A stretch of 64,000 nt of DNA from NCBI GenBank assembly GCA_052426225.1, contig JBNJNM010000008.1, positions 1,488,001-1,552,000 on the forward strand. The letters are read 5' to 3'. The position numbers and the translations under genes were made by a program. The notes under the pieces were generated by a model. It was not told where the DNA came from and made no database searches. It saw only the letters and a program-made list of their open reading frames with translations. This stretch comes from Zancudomyces culisetae HAW-14-8. Its lineage: Eukaryota > Fungi > Kickxellomycota. This document shows positions 56,444-64,000 of this stretch, piece by piece (position 1 is the stretch's first letter; every line of letters begins with the position of its first letter).

Positions 56444-56656
56444 ATGAAAGGCCTAGGAAAATACATAATCTGGATCCCGTTTGTAGGTGTTGCAATTGCT
56501 AGCTCGGGATCATGGAATACATGCTATAGTGGTCAAAAGATGTGTCTTGATTCTTTTTCGATTTTGACATGCGACAGTGGAGTATGGATCGCATCAGGAT
56601 GTGAAACTGGTCAGATGTGCAGAAAAAACAGAGTTGGAACTATAGGATGCTTTTAG
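56444..56656 (+). CDS. Small secreted six-cysteine peptide, CBM19 (chitin-binding)-like
   Basis: Hydrophobic signal-like N-terminus ending AIA, then C-x2-G-x3-C...CDSGVW...C-x2-G-x2-C...C. TATAAAA about 120 nt upstream and AATAAA downstream. Confidence 0.7.
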   Translation: MKGLGKYIIWIPFVGVAIASSGSWNTCYSGQKMCLDSFSILTCDSGVWIASGCETGQMCRKNRVGTIGCF

Positions 56657-57228
56657 GATGGCTGATTTTGCCTGTTCTTTAATCCTTAGAAGAAGAAATC
56701 CATGAGTAGTTACAGTTGGGGTTAATGGACACCATTTTGAAAATTGAATAGTTTCTTCAACTAAATAAAAGATCTTTGTATGTCATTTTACTAAAAGCTA
56801 AAAAAATGTTTGTATTCCCGATATGACATATTTTTTGTAAGAAATGTCACTCAAGTTGGAGAGCTAATTCTGATAATGAATATGTCACAAATAGATATAC
56901 TATTGAGATGGGCAAATTAACAAACTAATTTGGGGGGTTTTTTGGCTTTAATATTTAGCGTTATTATACATCTTGCTTTAAAGTCGTATTGTTGAATGTT
57001 TAGATAGTGTCAATTCCAACTAATTTGACAACAGAATTGGCATAGATAATCAAATGTTGTTCATGGGAATAATATCACTTGAAAAAGAGATTGCAAGATA
57101 CAAAATATATAGGGGTCTTGCTTGTGGTTCAAACATATATAAAGTATAAAGACGCTTTTCAAACAAGAAATCATAAAAAAAAGTTCCGAGACGCACAAAA
57201 AAGAGAAAGGGAAAAGGAATATTTTGAA

Positions 57229-57369
57229 ATGAACAAAAAAACCAACGGTGTGAAGAGAACCTACTATTGTATCCACATAGACGAACGGCTAGATGTAAAC
57301 GATAAGACCAAGTTCTGCCAAGTATGTCATCCATTTTACAATCGAGCAACACACCATAGCGTGGAATGA
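57229..57369 (+). CDS. Candidate 46-aa small ORF with CxH and CxxCH motifs
   Basis: MNKKTNGVKRTYYCIHIDERLDVNDKTKFCQVCHPFYNRATHHSVE. TATATAAA about 90 nt upstream, A-rich leader, AATAAA about 55 nt after the stop. No homologue recognised. Confidence 0.3.
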   Translation: MNKKTNGVKRTYYCIHIDERLDVNDKTKFCQVCHPFYNRATHHSVE

Positions 57370-58293
57370 CGAAGGGGTAGTTCTTTTTTTTTCGTTTGAT
57401 TTTGGGCATGTGTGCATTATACAAGAATAAATACGTATAAAATATACAGAAATCAGTACAGCGAGGAGTCTCACTCTATCACAAGCTATATATTAAAACT
57501 AGTATATATCATACTTTTATTTTTGATGTTATTACAATTTCAATAAAAATCATTTATCTAGAACATACACAAACAGTAATATTTTAAAGCTGATGTATTT
57601 ACACAAGAGAAATATGTGGTATATTATTTTAATATTTCTATTTCTCTAGTTTAGTTCAGGTTTAAAAACATTGAAACTTCACACATTCAATAAAAACTCA
57701 ATTAACGAGCATGAACGATCTGATAGAAGGAGGAAGGTAGTCCTGCCTTCATTTTGAAATTTTTAGAGTATACAAGGGGATCTAACAAAGACAAAAATGC
57801 AATCAAAGCAAGTGTATATTAATCCTCTCCGAGACAAAATAGCTAAATCCAATTAAAGGTTGCTTCATGCCATTGTGTTGCAGTGAGTGGAATATTTTTG
57901 GTTTACCACTAAAAAGAATCAGTTGGTGTATCAAGTAGCAGACACCGTTTATTGGCTGGAACAATTACAGTTGATTGCGTCTAAATAAGTAATTCATGGC
58001 AATTAATGGGAAACACAGGAATAATAGCTGTAAAAAAAACAAACAATAAAATAGAATCCATCGAGACCCATATACCATTGGCCAAAATGAGAAAATGTAA
58101 ATAAAAAAAATAATACTGTAAACAAAAAAGCGAGCAGTAATAAAAAAGAAACGAAAAAAAGGAAATAGTTTTTTTAACTAAGGAGCTTTATTTACAACCT
58201 TAACCTTTACAATTTAGCAAAACCAAGCTGATAGAGGTGAAATAAAAGAGAAAGAGACAAAGAATAAATGAACTAGCACCGCACAGAGTAGTA

Positions 58294-61200
58294 ATGTTAA
58301 TGAATACAGCTATTGGAAGTGGGGAAGGAACTCGGACGCCGTACGGAGAGACAATGAGATCAAACTCCGCAAGTAGTTCGGCGGGTATTGGGGCAATGAT
58401 GGGTAATCTCACGCACGAAAAAGAAGCAAATATCCAGGTGGTAGTAAGATGCAGGTAAGTAATAGTGGTTGTTTATTTCATGAAGCCGGGTCTAGTGAAT
58501 AATGTTAAAAGGAATTGACCACCAATTGTTGCAAGTGTAATAAGTGAAATTATTAAAACAAAAATAGGGGATTGATGGAAAAGGAAAGAAAAGAAAGGCA
58601 ACAAAGTATAGTAGAGGTTCCACTGATAGCGGGTAAAGAGGTGTTATTTAAAGGAAACAACAAGAGCTATCGTTTTGATAAAGTGTATGGGCCTGAAGCA
58701 GACCAAGAGCTTCTCTACAAAGAAATTGCACAGCCAATACTAAAAGAGGTGTTGCAGGGATACAATTGTACGATTTTGGCGTATGGACAGACAGGGACGG
58801 GAAAGACGTATACAATGGAAGGTGATATAACCAAAGAGACCAGTAAGAGATCTGGAGAGAATCTAGCTTCGAACACAATTGTGGAAAAATACAAGACAGA
58901 AGCTGAGCCCTTAAAAAGAGAAGCAGGAATCATACCAAGGATATTGCAAAAAATGTTTGGGATTTTAGACAATTCGACATCTGAATACAGCGTTAAGATA
59001 TCGTATTTGGAGTTGTATAACGAAGAACTGAGAGACTTGCTGACAAAGTATGATGGAGAGGATGGAAATGGAGGACCAGGGAATAATCTGAAACTTTATG
59101 ATGATGGAGCGGGAAAAGGTGGAGTGATAATTCAGGGTCTAGAGGAAATATTGGTGCGAAGCCCAAAGGATGCAGTGCGATTGTTGGAGATGGGATCACA
59201 ACGGCGAATAGTTGGAGCAACAAGATGTAACGAAAAATCATCACGATCGCATTCGATATTTACAATTACAGTTCATATCAAGGAAAGGATGGCTGACAAG
59301 GCAGAAGATGAGCTTTTGAAGATAGGAAAGTTAAATTTGGTGGATTTAGCAGGAAGTGAAAATATAGGACGAAGTGGAGCTGAATTGCGCAGGGCCAGGG
59401 AGGCAGGAATGATAAACCAGTCTCTGTTGACACTGGGGCGGGTGATAAACGCACTTGTGGAGAAGCAGCAGCATATCCCGTACAGAGAAAGCAAATTAAC
59501 CAGACTTCTTAAAGACTCGTTGGGAGGAAGGACAAAGACGTCGCTTATTGCAACGATAAACCCATTAAGACAAAGCATGGATGAGACGTTGTCGACTCTA
59601 GAATACGCTAACAGGGCAAAATGTATTAGAAATAGGCCAGAGGTAAACAAAAAAATAGCACGAACGGTACTCGTGTCGGAATTGCAAGCGCAAATCGAGA
59701 AGTTGCAGGCAGATATGACGTCGACCATTTTGAAAAATGGAGTGTATTTGGCACCTGAAAGGTATCAAGAGTTGGTGGAGCTAGAAAAATACAAAAATGG
59801 AGCAGTGGATGAATGGAAAAAGAAGGTGGACTTGCGAGAAGACGAGCTGAAAGAAGCACATAAGCAGCTGGAGGGTCTAAACGACAAGATGGACAGATAT
59901 GTAGAGCAGGAGCGTGAATACAAGCAAAGACTTGTGAAGCAACAAGAGGAAATACAAAGAACCAAAACAGAACTGCAGGGAACCAAAGTTAGGCTTGTGC
60001 AGCAGAAATACATATCGAAGGCGCGCGGACGAGGCGAAGAAAAGTTGGTAGAGGCAGCGGAGAGGCTTATGCAGATTGTGAGTAAGAGTAACAATAGCAT
60101 TACAGGGCTTCTTGAAGTGGTTGACAAGAGTACAGAGTTGGGAGCACAAAATCTTGAGGCATTGGAGGATTATTCTGTTAAAATTCAACAGCAACACAAA
60201 TCTCTTGTGAACAAACTGGGTAGTGGAGCAGCAGAATTTAGTAAAAGTCTAGGCGGAGTAGCATCGGGGTTGACGGTAGAAATGCAAAGAGTATTTGGGG
60301 ACGATTTTAAAGCAGACTTCGAAAGATTGGTTCAGGAATACCAGAGTCTTGTCGCTTCAGAAGCACAAAAATGTGCGTTGATAATGGAACGGGAAACGCA
60401 GAAAATCAGGTCGGATATGGACGAATTCAAAGCAAGGTATATTGATGCCAGAGAAAGTATAGGCTCAAACATACAAAAACTAAGCCAAGAATCATCAGAG
60501 GTTTTGGAAAAAATATATCGCAACATCCAGGAATCTCGAGACAAGGCGACCAAGCTTTTTGGAGAAATGAGTGATCACTCTGAGAGTTTTATGACACAAA
60601 CATACGAAGGTTTACAAGAGTGCAAAACAAATATGCAGAAATACAACGATGTTTATGAATCAACAACCAATGAAAACAACCGTGATATAGAGCTCCAAAT
60701 CGCAGAACTCCAGAAGGAGCGAGAAAACGCCAAAGAACAGTTGCTGCTGGATTATGAGAAGATTATGAATGAAATGAAACTCCGATTCGAACAAGCTCTT
60801 AAAACCCAAAATACAAAATGGGCAAAAGTAATAACTGACCTTCACACAATCAACGAAACCAACAAGCAAAAAAGCCTCGAAATTGACAGGCATAGACATC
60901 AGCTTGCCGAAAACCTTGATACACTTTGTCAGACCTCACATACTCTTGGTGAGCAGCTCAGCACCAATAATCAACAAGGTCTGTCTTCACTTGGTTCGGA
61001 TTTTGACTTTCTTTCCACATCAGTCTCGCAGTTGAACAGTACTCTGAAACACTCTACTAAAGCTGTTGGTTTGGCTGTGGAGAAGCAACTGGATGCAATT
61101 GAGCCACAGCCCATGGTTGGACAAATAAACGAACGACTGGAAAGTAAGGAAAAAGGCGTTTCTATTGCCACCTCGGCCATCGAATCTCATGTCAGCTCTG

Positions 61201-62084
61201 TATTTACCAAAGTGGAGTCCAGTTTAATGGAAAAAGAGCGTGATAAACTAAGCCAAACCACAAAAGTCTTTGCAGATAACTTGTCCAATACTGCTGGACA
61301 AATTACGACTGAGTTGGGTTCACTCGTTTCTGAGGTAAACAAAACTGTTCAACCTACTATATCCGACTGCATTTCGGGCTCAATGAACCGATCCAAGATA
61401 TTATTGGAACACAACCAACGAATCAAGCGACAAAAAATAGCTCACAATATTGGCTGGGAAGTATCAGTTCCCGAGAAAATCATTACAGAACGTATCACGT
61501 GTGTTGTGGATGACAACAACAGTGGTGTTAATTCTGGTGAAGCGGATGATAGCTGGCTTACTATTCCTGTGCTTGGATCGATTGAATCTGTTATGGTTGA
61601 TGGTTTAGACACCAAAGCCAAATTGAACACATCGTTCAGCCAGCCAAGTACTGTCCAGGCTGCTGACACTCCCCGCAAAAAACTCAGAGAGAATGGTGCT
61701 TTAGTAAATGCTCTAAAGAGGAAACTGGAGCTCCAAAATCAACAAGATGCTCGTAACAACAACAACGAAGCTGAAATTGGAGTTGGAGTTGAAAGTGAAA
61801 GTGAGAGTTTCAATGACAATCACAATGATACAGTGTTGGGTTCCGATGAAGATTTTAGAAACTCGGCAGTTTCAACTCCATCAGCACTACCAATTCCATT
61901 GTCTCTGAATACCAACAGTTCTGCTATAGCAAACAGCGATAGCATTAGCAACAATGTTACTAGCGATTCTACTAGTAGTTTTGGGTTTAAGAGAAAGAAT
62001 AGCAATCTTGTTCTTAACAATAGTATTGGAAATGCTGACAAAAACAGGTTTTCAAGAGGTTTTTTCCACAACACCAATAGATAG
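58294..62084 (+). CDS. Kinesin-5 (BimC/Cut7/Kip1/Cin8 family); exons 58294-58454 and 58568-62084
   Basis: A 113-nt intron restores NIQVVVRCR. Also GQTGTGKTYTMEG, SSRSHS, LVDLAGSENIGRSGA, HIPYRESKLTRLL, coiled-coil stalk and a TPRKK BimC-box-like site. Confidence 0.95.
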
Positions 62085-62674
62085 TGGAAGCAGCCATTTT
62101 TTGTTTTATATTTAATGACTGTAGTAGTGGATAGTGGACAGTGGATATTTAATGCTTTATTTTGTACATATTATTTTATTGTTATTATCTAGTTTGGTTA
62201 AAATTCCTCCATATACTTGCTGTTTACATATATAATGCCAATTTCAGAATCAAATAACCTTGAACTTGTTAGTTTAAAATAAATAATAAAGGCCAATGAA
62301 AAATGAATTACTGTTGTCGTTGTTTATTTTAATCAATCAGCAGCAATATTTATGAAAAAAATTAGGCGCAGTTTCGTTTAGTGAATGGTTAAAGGGTTGG
62401 AAAAATAGGGGGAGAAAAAAAAGGACCAAAAACATAACCATATTTGCGAACATTGAGTAGATTATATTTAGTGGGTAAGTAACTTTTAACCTTCAAACCT
62501 AGGAATAGGGTATACTTGTATCAATTGTCTACAATTAAACATATGTATAAGCATACATAGTAAATATAGTATATAGTAAACATTTTAGAGTGTGAATGAT
62601 AAAGTAGAAATTGGAACAAACACAATAACGGTAAATGTAGAGAATAAATTCAAAAAAAATCAAAAAAAAATCAA

Positions 62675-64000
62675 ATGGAAGCCACAGATTTTTCAATAAT
62701 TGAAGAGAACAAAGAAAACATTCCACTTTCGAGAGGAGGAAAGTCGTTCAAAATCCTGTCTGAAGTATTTACAGAAAAGAAAAGAACACAACACGAGAAT
62801 AGTGATAAACAGCAGCAGATTATCTCTGAAGAAATTGAAAATATTAAAAATACAAGTTTGAACGATCAAAAGGAGTATGATATAGCTACCAATATAACCT
62901 ATTCTAGCGACAATGGTTTAGAGAATAAACTTGCTGAATATGAGAAAAGGATTAGCGAGCTGGATCTAAAAGAAGAAGACGATCCCCTAGAATTGTACTA
63001 TGAGTATTGCAAACTACGTCTTGAAATAAATACCAAGGGCGAAGGTGATGAAGGGTTGATCCGAACGCTTGAGTCGAGCGTCAAAAAGTTTTTAGGATAC
63101 AAGCAGTACAGGGACGATATTCGGTACCTAAAACTGTGGCTGTGGTACATCAAATACATTCGCGAAAATAAGGAGACGGTTTACAAATACATGTTTAAAA
63201 AGGGGATTGGGCAGAACCTGGCTCTGTTTTATGAGGAGATGGCACGGTTTTACTGTACAGAGTTGGTCAAATATGACAAGGCAGATAAGATTTATTGTAT
63301 AGGGATTGAGAGAAAGGCACAGCCATTACAACGACTCAAAACAAAGTACCAGAATTTTATCAAGTATATTGGAAGCAAGAGCGAAGGTGGAATGCAAGTA
63401 GATAGTAATAATGACCAAAGAAACGGTTTTGGTGGGAGTGGGAGTGGGAGTGGCAGTGGTAGCGGAAATGTTAATTTAGAAAGAAAAGTACTTGGTGTCA
63501 AAGTTATGGGAAGTATGGGAGGAATAGCGAGATCTGTAGATTCCAATGTTTTGGGAAAGCGAGAATATTTTCCAATGGATGGAAGTGGTGGTGGTGGTGG
63601 TGGTGGTTCTAGTATCGGTACGAGTAATAGAGAGAGAAATGGAGGCAAACTTAGAGTATTAATGGAGGAATCTAATGAGGAAGGCTTTTTAGACGAAAAA
63701 GTAGAAGAAAGCAATGAAAACAGCGTTGAGAATGGTGGTGATTCATGGAAAGAAATTGGAACAGACAAGAGTCGACGAAAAGAAAATATAGCTATTGCAA
63801 CACAATGGAAAGGGATAAAATTAGAAACACAAAAGAGTAATAGCGATTTGGCAAGTTATAAACGAAAAAAGTTTAAAGTATTTCAACAGGATGAAGAAGA
63901 AGAAAACGAGAAAGAAAGTGGAAGAGGAAAGGAAAATGAGAGAGAAACGACAAAAATTAAATCTGGGGATAAAATGAGTGTCAAAGTAGAACTATTTTTT
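62675..64000 (+). CDS. Mad3/Bub1 spindle-checkpoint protein, 5' part (runs off the window; absent from the ORF track)
   Basis: MEATDFSIIEENKENIPLSRGGKS (KEN1), DDPLELY, YRDDIRYLKLW, GIGQNLALFYEE, GIERKAQP and a second KEN (RRKENI); I read no stop before 64000. Confidence 0.92.
   Translation, partial: MEATDFSIIEENKENIPLSRGGKSFKILSEVFTEKKRTQHENSDKQQQIISEEIENIKNTSLNDQKEYDIATNITYSSDNGLENKLAEYEKRISELDLKEEDDPLELYYEYCKLRLEINTKGEGDEGLIRTLESSVKKFLGYKQYRDDIRYLKLWLWYIKYIRENKETVYKYMFKKGIGQNLALFYEEMARFYCTELVKYDKADKIYCIGIERKAQPLQRLKTKYQNFIKYIGSKSEGGMQVDSNNDQRNGFGGSGSGSGSGSGNVNLERKVLGVKVMGSMGGIARSVDSNVLGKREYFPMDGSGGGGGGGSSIGTSNRERNGGKLRVLMEESNEEGFLDEKVEESNENSVENGGDSWKEIGTDKSRRKENIAIATQWKGIKLETQKSNSDLASYKRKKFKVFQQDEEEENEKESGRGKENERETTKIKSGDKMSVKVELFF

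Overview
AT-rich eukaryotic DNA from a compact fungal genome with short GT-AG introns (about 70-280 nt, often with a CTAAC-type branch site). Gene content (RAB3GAP2, an HMMR-like protein), Asn-rich insertions and composition suggest an early-diverging fungus, plausibly Kickxellomycotina/Harpellales; this placement is inference only. Housekeeping genes in order: VDAC porin, MINDY deubiquitinase, MTAP (MEU1), RPA32 (RFA2), HMMR-like coiled-coil protein, Pho85-type cyclin, RFC small subunit, DPH1, 7-exon RAB3GAP2-N protein, a divergent PAPS reductase (MET16) / sulfite reductase beta (MET5) pair, TRM732/THADA, PEX11, BUD32, mitochondrial uL11, Smr/CUE2-like nuclease, a 70-aa secreted six-Cys CBM19-like peptide, kinesin-5 and the 5' part of a Mad3/Bub1 gene. 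The most striking structure is a near-identical inverted repeat of at least 2.07 kb (1..2072 versus 13355..15441, running off the left edge). Each arm carries the upstream region and ORF of an orphan low-complexity basic protein, and the arms bracket an 11.3-kb block of five genes. Identity fades into synonymous differences at the ORF 3' end, which points to recombination or gene conversion between the arms and a potentially invertible segment. No tRNA, rRNA, CRISPR array or recognisable transposase was found.
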